From Spironucleus salmonicida (lineage: Eukaryota), in the NCBI RefSeq assembly GCF_000497125.1, contig NC_090602.1, positions 682,001 to 746,000 of the forward strand: a DNA stretch of 64,000 nt. The letters are read 5' to 3'. Below the pieces are notes generated by a model that was not told where the DNA came from, made no database searches, and worked only from the letters and a program-made list of their open reading frames with translations. Below, piece after piece: positions 26,907 to 38,542 of the stretch. The stretch's first letter is position 1; the number at the start of each line of letters is the position of its first letter. A program made the translations under genes and the position numbers.

Positions 26907-28553
26907 ATGATAGTCGCACTGTTTCAGCCGGCACTCATGATTCTGACCGAGCAAATCCTAGCAAACGAGCAAAGGGAGTACCCACCTAGAGTCTTGGAGA
27001 ATTGCTACAGGCGCAACAGCGTTCTGGTGGCCAATATCGACCGTGGCCAGCTTTGTGTGGAATTCGACATGGAATTCGACCCAGACTGCGCCCAGCTACC
27101 GCCAGGTGTCTACATGGACATTCAGGTCTCTAACATGCCCGACTACACGATCCGGGGCGAGTTCCAGAACTTCGACTACCAGCGCACCAAGGAGCTCTGC
27201 TACGACTGCCCCCTTATCGGGAACGACACGCAGTGCGACTTCATCTAGCAGACAGCGGCCGTGCAGGTCCAGTTGAAGTCTCTGACGCGGGCCACGTCGC
27301 TGCCAATCGGGAAGATCCTCATCGCGCACGCCCAGTTCGCGGAGTGCTTCGATGCGACGCGCTCGCACATGTTCTGGGCGTCGAAGAGCGCGAAGCTCTA
27401 GATCTACGCCACCGTCGAGTGCCCCGAGTTTGGGGTAGATTTTTCAGAGTACTCCATTAAGCTCACCCGCATTGATGGAACGGAGGACGTTATTGACATA
27501 AATCTTGTCGACGAGGACGGGAATACCATTATAACAGAAACGGTCGTCGGGTATCTTGTGGAGGTAACGTTCGACTACGACTTTTCGCAGTACATCCAGA
27601 ACTTCTACGAGGACATAAAGCTCTACCTCAAACTCGAGACGGAGGGTGTCTCGGTTGTTCAAACCGTGCTCATCAACTCCATGGAGAGCGAGTCCCTGCC
27701 GACAATGTTCTAGGACCCGCAGTTCATCATCTGGGCGCAGCGGTTCACGCTTACCGCCGACCCCGTGCCGAACGCGAAGGAGCTGGACGAAACCTATCTA
27801 GCTACCAGCACCGGCTTCACCGCACGGTACGAGTTCGTTGACAGGACCACCGGCGAAAACCTGGAGAACATTATCTTCTCCGAGACGAGCTTCTCGTTCT
27901 AGGTCATCAACCGAAACATTATTTGCGATGACCGCGCGGACGGCGGTGTGTGCTCCGGGGTGCTCTCGCGGCTGCAGACATACGACCTCTCGCGGCTAGA
28001 AATCTAGATGCACTACTACTTTTACGACGCTGGCAGCAACCTCTTGCTGTACTCTACCGTCAGGGTCACGGACGTTAGGAGCACGTGCTGGGTGGGGGTT
28101 TTCGGAACGTATCGCAGCGACGCGATTTGCGGCACATTCACTGCGAACGAAGGCTCCCAGCACTGCCCGTACGTGAACGAGACGGAAATCACATTCACTG
28201 TCACCTTTGACGACTACCAGCTCTCGCAGGCGATGCGCTACTCTACCCAGCAGGAGGAGGTGTGCGTCTACTGCTCGGATTTGGCATGCATCTCAAAACT
28301 TGCCCAGCTCTACAGGTCGAAGTCGGCCGTCAGCTTTTCGTTCCGAAATGACGATAATGATTTCACCCTGAACTCTGCCTCAAACTATAGTGAGAATTAC
28401 TAAGGGCTAAAAAAGAAAATTTTTATTGTAGGTCTTATATCGAGTTTAGCTATGGTTGCAATCACAATATATACTATTCTAAAACACAAACAATTGCTAA
28501 GGGTAAAACCAAAGGCCGCGGTCAAGGGACTCGGCCCATATGATGATCTTTGA
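26907..28553 (+). CDS. Type I membrane protein, 548 aa, IR2 right copy with a diverged TM/tail
   Basis: Mirror of 9851-11497; last 42 or so codons diverged but colinear. Confidence 0.85.
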
Positions 28554-28695
28554 TGCTATAGTAATTTTTGTTTCTCTAGATCGTCATGAAGTGATAAAAT
28601 GTCACCTGAATCTATTGATATTATCAGGATTATTTTCACATTTTTGTTATAAATTATATTTACTAAATAAATCTATATTAACATTTAATCTCCAA

Positions 28696-30402
28696 ATGCC
28701 AAAAAATAACATTACACTATTGACGGCTTCAGAAAAGCAAGAAGCAGCTAAACTCGATAAACAAATAGAGGCATCTGTATCTAAATCATAGTAGGCTACA
28801 ATTTTAGACATCTAAATCAGCCACATGCACACATAGATGTAGAGGGCAAAGCTAAAATAGTACGAAACTCCAAATGAAGATTCTAATGAATTGAAAGAAC
28901 ACAACAACGCATAAACCAGTGATGAGTCTCCTGTTTAAAAGCGCTGGTGGTAGTGGACCAAAAATTCTCCAGGTTCTTCTACATTTTGGGCAATGTGTCC
29001 ATACATTTTCTTAGTATGTTCAGTCAATCAGTTCGACGAATCAGTGCTTCCACTGGTATTGCCGTTAATCCAGCAAGAACTCAATATCTCATTTTCACAA
29101 GCACAGTGGTTAGGTACCTCATATTACCTAGGAACTGCAGCCACATCCATTCCCTTCTCAAAGATGACATCTCTAGTTGGCGTAGTCACTCTAACACAAA
29201 TTCTGCTTGTTATCACAATGGTGCTTTATTTGATCTCATTTTTTATAACAAACTTCATAACGTTAGTCATTCTTCGTGCATTTATCGGCGCAACCTCTTC
29301 CGGATTTCTCTCTACGCGCAATATGTTCGTTTCATCATATCCATCAGATGAAAAACGTGAGCAATCTGTTGCTAATACGCTTATCTTGAGAATGGTTCAA
29401 TAAGTGATATATCCCTTTATTGGGCAGTTAATTATCGACGCTGCAGGCTGGTAATTTTTTTAAATTTGCCCTGCAATTCTTTGTGCCATTTCACTCATTT
29501 TTTCGATACCATTTTCTCAGCTTCCGCGTGTCGGAATCTGGTCTAACTTCGATTTTTTAGGGTCATTTTCGCTAGCAATTCTGCTGGTGGGCTTCACAAC
29601 GCTTTTTACCTTTCTGACGCTTTAGTAATATATAGTTTCAGGCGTACTTTTTGTGATTTTTATTCTTGGATGCGTCGCTTTTTACTATTCCGAAAAACGC
29701 GCGAAATCGCCGATTATGCCTCTTGGGCTTCTGAAGAATCCGCTAGTAGACGTCTTATTGACGAACACGCTGAATTTCACAAACACGATTTCCTTACAAT
29801 TTCTGATCCCCCAAATTATGAAATTTACCGGCTTTCCAGAGGCCGTTATTGGGGCCATTAGCTCAATCGGGTCCGCATTTGGCGTTGCCAGCACTTTTGC
29901 GAACAACTTTTTGGCCAAAAAGATAGTTTCTAGGATATTGATTCCCAGCGTTTACGCGATTCTGATCGTCAGTATGGGTGTATTTGCAGGCGTTTTCTAG
30001 TTTAAATACGGCGGTCTGGTTATGTTTTTTGTCTACATTTTCTTCTCAATTTGGGTCCAGCAGCATACTTTTGCGCTCCTTTTGACATGCGTGCCCAGGT
30101 CGCTATCTTAGTACGTCTGCGGGTTTCCCCCGCTCTCGAGAACGTTTGGGAGCTCGCTGGCAAGCAGTCTAAATTAGAGCATTTTTTAGGTCGTCAGTGG
30201 CATAATTTAAGACGCAAATAAGTAGTTTGTGGTTAGCGTCATCAGCGTAGTTTCTGTTCAGATGGGACTCGTTTTTGTGTCGTTTTTCATATCACTGTAC
30301 AGATATGGAAATTTTGATAGTGAGCGTAGCAAAATGGGTTTTAAAGAGCACAAACTGAGAAAACTTAAATACGTTGAATAATTTGAGGCAGGGTAGGGTT
30401 GA
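28696..30402 (+). CDS. MFS transporter, resembling the DHA2/EmrB-QacA drug:H+ antiporters, 568 aa
   Basis: LPLIQQELNISFSQAQWLGTSYYLG, LVILRAFIG, FDFLGS, EKRAKSPIMPLGLLKN; many TM segments. Confidence 0.85.
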
Positions 30403-30562
30403 GTGCAAATCATTGATTGTGTATATTTGGTTATTTTGGTAATTAGTGCAAAAGATAGGAATTGTGATCTTTACAGTGGTTTTATTAGGTGAAATTGTTG
30501 TTATTATATATTATATATTATATATTATATATTATATATTAATAAAAAATAAAATAAAATTA

Positions 30563-31417
30563 TCACTCTTCATCTCCATCGCCACCAACAGTTAAAGTAA
30601 TACAATTGCATTAGTCTTCGTGTTTATGAACATTCAGATAACTTTTACATTAAACTTAAAACTCTTCGATCTTAAAATCCATTATTTCCTTCTTAGGGCC
30701 ATCTGGATGACTACCAATACACTATCCAGATGCACAGTGTCTTAAAAGTACAATATCATCGTAATGAACAGTTTAACCTTATTTTTCGAGTCTTTCTGAT
30801 GCTTAAAAAGGTTCTAACATAAATTCGGCAGCAAAGCCAAGCTCTTTGTATTATCCTAAAATAAGTGGGCATTAACCACCTGTCATTGTTTTTGGACAAC
30901 CTAATACGAACTTCTAACCAGCAAATTTTCCATTTTTCAAGAAATCTATCATAGATTATTATGCTGTTAAAATGAATCTTTCGCCAAAGCGAATGCATGG
31001 ATCATCTGTTTATTGCATATCAGATCTAGTTCCGAATTTATTTTAGACTAGAGATTTAACTCTTTCAATAGTGAATACATGACGATTTCCTGCCCCAATT
31101 TCAGCTGAAAGTGAAGTAATAAAAGCTGATTCATATTCGCGTGAAGTATATCGTGGATCGACTGATATAGAAAGTGGGCGTTAGTTGTGATTAATAACTA
31201 ATAGGTTATCATTATTGCACACTAACTTTCCTTTAGTAAGAGCAACCGGGGCTGTCAGATTATGCTACTCTGCTGCCAATAATGCAGCTTTTTAGTCACT
31301 TTGTTATTTTTTAACCAAATAACCTTCTATAATAGCCTCACGTATGGCACGCTCTTCATACCAATTGTTGATAAGCGTTTCGCAACGGAATACGTTCTTT
31401 TTAGGTTCTTCTGGCAT
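30563..31417 (-). CDS. CFAP161-like flagellar protein (tentative), 284 aa
   Basis: TLINNWYEE N-terminal motif; GNRHVFTIERV..CIRFGERFIL recalls CFAP161. Confidence 0.6.
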
Positions 31418-31581
31418 TTAAATATTGCGGAAAGTAGATGAAATTAAATATATAATTATTTTATTGTACACAGTATATATTTACCTTAATTATAAACTAT
31501 ATTATATATAAATTTATATAATATGACTTTATACACAATATTATGTGTCTATTAAGTGTTTATTACCACTTCATTAATAAA

Positions 31582-32667
31582 ATGCTAACTCCTCAAATTA
31601 ATATTCCAGCATTATCTCTTTCTAACCTTCTTACTTACCTTGATTAACTAACTGCCCAACCTGCTTATTTTAATAACAAGATAGAATTTTATCACCCCAT
31701 TATCATATTCTTATAAACAAAAAATCAGAGATTTGATATCATAAAAGATACAATACATGAATAAATTATGATTATTAAATAAGCACCTATCGATCAAATT
31801 GATATTGATTCTTTTATAGGACTAAAATGGATTTCGCTAAGTGAGAATAGATCTGATATCTTCCATTATTATGCTCTGGTAGAATAAAGTTGTAATTTAA
31901 CAAAAAATATAAGAATCTCTAATGATTATACGATAATAACCAAACCGTTTAAAATATTCTGTAACCTTTTGCACCTGTCTGCTCCTAATTAAAAATTTAA
32001 TAACATTAACTCTGCCACATCGCCAGCTAGCAAGATTATTGTTAATTTTCTATATATTAAATATCTATCAAATCCTAGTAGAAATTTTCGTGGAAAAGTT
32101 CTGACGCTTCCATTTATAGATAACAAATAAAATGAATTCTTTAAAGATCATGATTTTAATAAAGCATTGAACTAGCTATCGGAGCAGCAAAATATTATGA
32201 TAGATTTGATTCGATCCTATCTTGATTCACGAATCTAGAATAATGCATTAGAACATAATCTTTTTCACGATGATGAAAATATATGGATCACACTCGATGA
32301 TTCTCGATTTAGTATTGTTTCAAATACTAAAAAAATAGTACCTGGCCAGAAAATAGAGAATGAAAAAATGATATCTGCAGTATCAGAATAGAAACTTTAG
32401 CTACTGTAAAGACAGTGCTTCCAGCACGTTGAGATCCGGCGCCTGGGAAACCAGTACCTACCTTCTGCTGGGAAGACGGAGTGCGCCTGTCTGGCGGTGA
32501 TGTTCCCTAAATAGAACTTAGAAATTATCGGCAGGTTCATCGATGGTGAGGATGGTGATACAGAGAAAGCAATAATCAAAGCGAGGCTGGGTAAGCTGTG
32601 GGGGTGCGAGTACGAGGTAGTGATCAGTAAAACTCCTGGGACGAAGAAGTGGGAGTTACAGCAGTGA
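31582..32667 (+). CDS. Hypothetical protein, 361 aa; 3' end lies in IR3
   Basis: Uninterrupted table-6 frame ending CAG TGA. Confidence 0.7.
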
Positions 32668-32841
32668 AGCAAAAGGGCTCAACGCATATCTCGGTGCCCA
32701 AATCTGATCAGAAGAATAAATACATCCCGAGTGAATTAAGGTTTGCGGCACTAACGTCGGCTGGGCGAGTGGACCGACCAAGTGCAGAAACTGGGTTTGC
32801 ATATATGGATAATATACAATTTTAAAACCATACCCTTTCAA

Positions 32842-33285
32842 ATGCAGAGGCAGCTCAATAAACTGTTCGAGAAAATCTTCGACGCGTTTGATACTTCTGG
32901 TGATGGGCGTATTAACGTGCGAGAGCTCTGGCGCTTTCTCCGAGAGTTGGGTGTGAACATGACTACTATGGATATCGTAAACATCATTACGCTGTTCGAC
33001 GAGAATAACGACGGCCTGCTCGATAAGCCGGAGTTCAACCACTTCATGTACGTGGCAATGAACTCGAACCCGGAGAACCTCCCGGCCATGCTATTCTTTG
33101 CCGCTGACACTGACCATTCTGGGACGGTGGACTCGCGCGAGTTCATTAAGATAATGATGAAGCTCGGATGTAAGCTACCAAAGGAGGAGCTCCTCCACCT
33201 TCTCCTGCAGTTCACAGACTCTCCAGATCAGTCTATTAGTTACCTGCGTTTCGTGGACCTTGTTACCGAGTTCATTAAAGACTGA
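32842..33285 (+). CDS. Calmodulin-like EF-hand protein, 147 aa
   Basis: EF loops DTSGDGRINVRE, DENNDGLLDKPE, DTDHSGTVDSRE; fourth loop degenerate. Confidence 0.9.
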   Translation: MQRQLNKLFEKIFDAFDTSGDGRINVRELWRFLRELGVNMTTMDIVNIITLFDENNDGLLDKPEFNHFMYVAMNSNPENLPAMLFFAADTDHSGTVDSREFIKIMMKLGCKLPKEELLHLLLQFTDSPDQSISYLRFVDLVTEFIKD

Positions 33286-33299
33286 GTGACCATTCCAAA

Positions 33300-35279
33300 A
33301 TGCACTTTACAAAATCCATTTAGATAGCATTCGGTCACGAGAAGATCCCTAGAGCCCTCCTTACCACCTAAACGACAGGTGTTCTTAGAATATGCCTCAC
33401 CACCCTATCATAGGAAGCTCTGTTGTCCCTGCTGCGTTGCTTGCGGCTCGGCATGTCTGGCCTTAGCGAGATCTCACTAGGGTTTGGCGATAATTAGGAC
33501 CTTTTTGATGCCGGATCACGTCACGAGCAAACTGTTAACTTTAGCTAAGGGTTCCTCAACTAGCCAGGCAGCGAACAGGACAACCTCATCGAGCTACCGC
33601 CTTGCCACATAAAACCTGTAGCCTACTCACAAAAACGTACAAGTATATATATGGAAATTATTCAGGTTATTTTAAGTCATATTAGTACCATGGATAAATT
33701 GTAGGTGATTGCTCTGTATAATATGCCGAGGCTATCGTTTGTACCAGATTTCTCTCCTAATTAAAATCTATAAGTTATCATTTTAGATTACTGTTAATAA
33801 TCTGTAGAATGCTTTTCTTTTTTACTTAATATATTTCTTAAGTCTAATAAAATCAGTACATTATCACTTCGATCGTGCTCTCTTGATGGGATTCATATAA
33901 AGAGTTTAGCAATATATATCAAGAAACAAATTGAATTAGTCAAAACTGCAACAGATTAAAAATTAGATATATTTATCTTAAAAATGCATGGAGCATAGAA
34001 AGTTTGTACTTTCCCATAACGTGTAGTTGCAAGATAGACATTACGTGGTATCTCTTGGCTGGATTTAAGCGAGAATAAGATGACTAATGGTTAAATCAAA
34101 GGCTTATTTGGAGCTCTATCTGATTCTAGTTAATTATAGGTATTAAATTTAAAAGGAAATAATTTTAGCTTGTAAAGAGATATAGTAACACCTGAATTTC
34201 AGAAATTTTTCAATTTCTCAATGGAAATAGGTGAAAATCCACAAAAATTAGTAATAAATAAATAGATATATGAAGATATATGCGATAAATATCATCTTAA
34301 TAAAAGATAACGGGATTTGATGATGCATTTAGCGCCTGAACATCAATATTTAGGCCTAGAAACCACAAATATAGTTTTAAACTATTTACACTAGATAGCA
34401 AACATAGATCGTATTATAGCTCTATTATAAAATTCTATAGTATAATTGGTTATGAAATGTTCATCGATTATGAGTTTAACTGTGGATTCTTTTATAAACG
34501 ATTTTGTAGATTATATATGTGGGCAAAGATATAAAGCCTTTATGAAATCTATTTAGCGCCTAAGTATATTTCCATAATCCTTATTAGAAAATTTGTCTCC
34601 TTTATAAATAAATTTAGAACTAATGATTGCTCACAAAGTATTAAATAAAAAATTAAAAACACAACATAAAATATAAAAATATGCCTAGTAAACAGTAAGT
34701 TTTCTTGATATTCCTACGTATTCTGGTAAAAAGAAGGCAGTCAGATACTATGGACTAAAAGAAAAAGTTAAAATGTTACGAAAAGGAAAATTTGGAATTA
34801 AACGCAAGTATATTAAAAGAATTAAGGTAACGAACACTTTAAAATAAACCAAATAATAAGAAACATAAAACCCTTCATTAGATGAACTTTTTGATCTTTA
34901 ATAAAGATATAAAGAATTATAATAACAACATAATATTCTTATTTCATCATACAAAAATAATAATGTTAAAGTTTGTGAGGATATTTAAAGCGTTGAAATT
35001 GTAAAAGGAATAGTAACTCCTCGAAATGTTGATACGTAATAATCTAGTGTTTTAAAATCAGACCCACTTGATTAATATCTATTTTAGAGGGTTTTAGATG
35101 GAGCGATTCGAGCTCTAACCATAGTTCATTAAGGAAAATAATTTGCATAATAATATTATGAAACTAACAAAAATGAGGTGTTAAATTAATGTGAACTTGT
35201 ATATTAAAAAATTCATAATGGCAGAATTCCTGAAGATGCTGTAACCGCAGTTTTGATATCTCGCTTTAGTGAGTGGTGA
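33300..35279 (+). CDS. LRR plus coiled-coil protein, paralog of 19993-22095, 659 aa
   Basis: Open table-6 frame; KLQVIALY, ARQTLRGISWLDLSEN, LQVLNLKGNNF and LFQRVLDGA align with the paralog. Confidence 0.8.
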
Positions 35280-35307
35280 AATATATATTATTTACATACA
35301 TATATTT

Positions 35308-35532
35308 GTGACGTGATCCGGCATCAAAAAGGTCCTAATTATCGCCAAACCCTAGTGAGATCTCGCTAAGGCCAGACATGCCGAGCCGCAAGCAACGCAG
35401 CAGGGACAACAGAGCTTCCTATGATAGGGTGGTGAGGCATATTCTAAGAACACCTGTCGTTTAGGTGGTAAGGAGGGCTCTAGGGATCTTCTCGTGACCG
35501 AATGCTATCTAAATGGATTTTGTAAAGTGCAT
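35308..35532 (-). pseudogene. Duplicated first 75 codons of the 33300 LRR gene
   Basis: Mirror of 33300-33524; homology stops at the arm edge. Confidence 0.7.
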
Positions 35533-35546
35533 TTTGGAATGGTCAC

Positions 35547-35990
35547 TCAGTCTTTAATGAACTCGGTAACAAGGTCCACGAAACGCAGGTAACTAATAGA
35601 CTGATCTGGAGAGTCTGTGAACTGCAGGAGAAGGTGGAGGAGCTCCTCCTTTGGTAGCTTACATCCGAGCTTCATCATTATCTTAATGAACTCGCGCGAG
35701 TCCACCGTCCCAGAATGGTCAGTGTCAGCGGCAAAGAATAGCATGGCCGGGAGGTTCTCCGGGTTCGAGTTCATTGCCACGTACATGAAGTGGTTGAACT
35801 CCGGCTTATCGAGCAGGCCGTCGTTATTCTCGTCGAACAGCGTAATGATGTTTACGATATCCATAGTAGTCATGTTCACACCCAACTCTCGGAGAAAGCG
35901 CCAGAGCTCTCGCACGTTAATACGCCCATCACCAGAAGTATCAAACGCGTCGAAGATTTTCTCGAACAGTTTATTGAGCTGCCTCTGCAT
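35547..35990 (-). CDS. Calmodulin-like EF-hand protein, IR3 right copy
   Basis: Mirror of 32842-33285. Confidence 0.9.
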   Translation of the reverse strand: MQRQLNKLFEKIFDAFDTSGDGRINVRELWRFLRELGVNMTTMDIVNIITLFDENNDGLLDKPEFNHFMYVAMNSNPENLPAMLFFAADTDHSGTVDSREFIKIMMKLGCKLPKEELLHLLLQFTDSPDQSISYLRFVDLVTEFIKD

Positions 35991-36164
35991 TTGAAAGGGT
36001 ATGGTTTTAAAATTGTATATTATCCATATATGCAAACCCAGTTTCTGCACTTGGTCGGTCCACTCGCCCAGCCGACGTTAGTGCCGCAAACCTTAATTCA
36101 CTCGGGATGTATTTATTCTTCTGATCAGATTTGGGCACCGAGATATGCGTTGAGCCCTTTTGCT

Positions 36165-36390
36165 TCACTGCTGTAACTCCCACTTCTTCGTCCCAGGAGT
36201 TTTACTGATCACTACCTCGTACTCGCACCCCCACAGCTTACCCAGCCTCGCTTTGATTATTGCTTTCTCTGTATCACCATCCTCACCATCGATGAACCTG
36301 CCGATAATTTCTAAGTTCTATTTAGGGAACATCACCGCCAGACAGGCGCACTCCGTCTTCCCAGCAGAAGGTAGGTACTGGTTTCCCAGG
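36165..36390 (-). pseudogene. Duplicated 3' fragment of the 31582 gene
   Basis: Mirror of 32442-32667. Confidence 0.65.
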
Positions 36391-36767
36391 TGTGGAACTT
36401 TAAAATTTAGCATTAGCTTCATACTTCTATTTTTATTTAATAATTATATCTTATGTTATAGTTATCATAGATTTATATAATTAATATTTGACCAGTAAAA
36501 TTATTCAAATCCATTAAATAAGTTTATAGAATATCATGATTTTATGTAATATTTAATATTTTTAACTTAATTTTACTATAACTTGCTGATATCATTATAA
36601 TACTATAAAATTGTTATAAATAAAATATTGTATTATTTTAATTTTCTATAATTTATATGTTTTCAGCATTTGCATTATAAGTATAACTTTCCCGGGGACA
36701 ATTTTCCAATCTTACAAGTTCGATAAATAATTAGAAAATGAATTTTGTTACTTTTACCACTCCCCAA

Positions 36768-38018
36768 ATGTCTTGCGCCGAAGTGCTTAACTGCAACGAG
36801 TGCTCCATCGCAGACCCGACAGAATGCGCGACCTGTTCTGCGTACCTCAACTACAACTCCAGCACCAAAAAGTGCGAGTGTGCCAAGGGCTCTGGTATCG
36901 GCTGCCCCAATGGTCAGTCGTGCGCCCAGGAAGCAGGGATCTGTGTAGATAAGCACGAGTGCTACAAAATCGATAACTGCACACACTGCACCTTCAAGGA
37001 CCACCGCAAGTGCTACAAATGCGTCACGGGCATGTTCCTCTCCGACGACGGCACCGCGTGTGCCAGCTTGGCCCCGTGCAAGGGGATCAAATACTGCAAC
37101 GCCTGCAACCCTGAGGCTCCATCCAAGTGTGCAAAGTGCCTATCTGGCCTGCACCCGTCCGCGAACGGCTCCGTCTGCGAGTGCGAGGTGGGCTCCGGCT
37201 AGAAGTGCCCCAGCAGGTTCGGGTGCTCCCCCACGAAGGGTGGCTGCATCCCCAGCGACACCTGCAAGAGCGACGTCAACTGCACCTTCTGCTCCATCCA
37301 CGACCGCGCAGTCTGCGTCACGTGCCGGCAGGGGTTCGCGCTCGACTTGAAGACCGGGCTCTGCGCCTCCAACGAGACATGCCGCGCCATCGCCGGGTGC
37401 TCGGGCTGCCATCTGGTCGACTCCGCGCTGTGCGGCAGGTGCGAGTACAACCTCGCCCCGAACACTACCGGGACCGTGTGCGAGTGCCACCCCGGGTCCG
37501 GTACGGGCTGCGACACGGGGCACTCCTGCGCCCTCTACGCGAGGGTGTGTGTGCGCAAAAACGCCTGCCTCAGCGCGCCCGAGCTGATCCCAGACTGCAG
37601 CAGCTGCACCTACCTCGACAACAGGCTCTGCTACGCCTGCGAGGCGGGCTTCACGGTGTCCCTGGACCGCAAGACCTGCATCAGGGACGACGCCTGCCTC
37701 GCCATCGCCGGGTGCACGGGCTGCACCAAGCTCCAGCCCGACCGCTGCTCGGCGTGCGCGGACGGCCACCAGGCGGACATCCACGGGGCCGCCTGCCTGT
37801 GCGGGGGGAAGACCCACTGCGGTGAGGGCGTCGTCTGCGAGCAGGGCGCGTGCCCGGCGGCGGCCGTGGTGAACAGGCTGGGTGCGGGCTCCATCGCGGG
37901 CATCGCCGTGGGGGTGGCCCTAGGCGTCTGCGTGCTCGCTGCGGCAGCGGTGATGGTGGTGCGCGCGGTGAAGAGCAGGGCCGTGGCGAAGGTCGAGAGG
38001 GACATCGCCTATATCTGA
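36768..38018 (+). CDS. Cysteine-rich membrane protein (CXXC), about 416 aa; possible upstream start at 36738
   Basis: CXXC repeats; one TAG at 37200; TM LGAGSIAGIAVGVALGVCVLAAAAVMVV. Confidence 0.9.
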
Positions 38019-38049
38019 GGTATTCGATCACTTTCCACTGCCGCTCCGA

Positions 38050-38448
38050 ATGTCATTCGCGCACAACCAGCCCGCCTGGGAGCACCACGGCCAGCACGCC
38101 CGCAACCACCAGGTGCACGCGCTCACCCGAGGTCCCCACCTGCGTGTGTGCACCGACGATGCGGCCAGCGCGCGGAGGGCCATGAACGCCACTGTGGAGC
38201 AGGAGGTCGTGCCGGAGGGCATGGAGGTGGTCGAGGCGCGGGACCACGGCGTCGCGCGCAGGCAGCTCATGTTCGACCTTACCCAGCACCACCTCCTCGC
38301 GCGGAAGCTGCTCCAGGACCGTGGCGCGCACGACGCCCTCATCCTCCAGACCCAGGAGCGGCTCGCAGCGCTCGAGGCCTTCCTCGCCGCCAACGCCCCC
38401 AAGAGGCTACTCAGGAAGGTGGACCGCCGCTTCAAGGACCGCAGGTGA
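38050..38448 (+). CDS. Hypothetical protein, 132 aa
   Basis: High GC3 frame with TGA stop; fills the gap between neighbouring genes. Confidence 0.65.
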   Translation: MSFAHNQPAWEHHGQHARNHQVHALTRGPHLRVCTDDAASARRAMNATVEQEVVPEGMEVVEARDHGVARRQLMFDLTQHHLLARKLLQDRGAHDALILQTQERLAALEAFLAANAPKRLLRKVDRRFKDRR

Positions 38449-38542
38449 GGGCGGATAGGCGCGAGTGAGCAGTTGATTCAACCGTGGCGGCAGGCCTGCA
38501 GAGCTGGGCGCTGGCAGAAAGGCGAAGTGCGGCAGCAAACTC

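Larger units (their letters stand above)
9978..28426. repeat. Inverted repeat IR2: arms 9978-15255 and 23150-28426, spacer about 7.9 kb
   Basis: Mirror ORFs with coordinate sum 38404/38405 (one net 1-bp indel); scattered substitutions, mostly intergenic. Confidence 0.95.
32442..36390. repeat. Inverted repeat IR3: arms 32442-33524 and 35308-36390, spacer about 1.8 kb
   Basis: Mirror ORFs with coordinate sum 68832. Confidence 0.95.
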
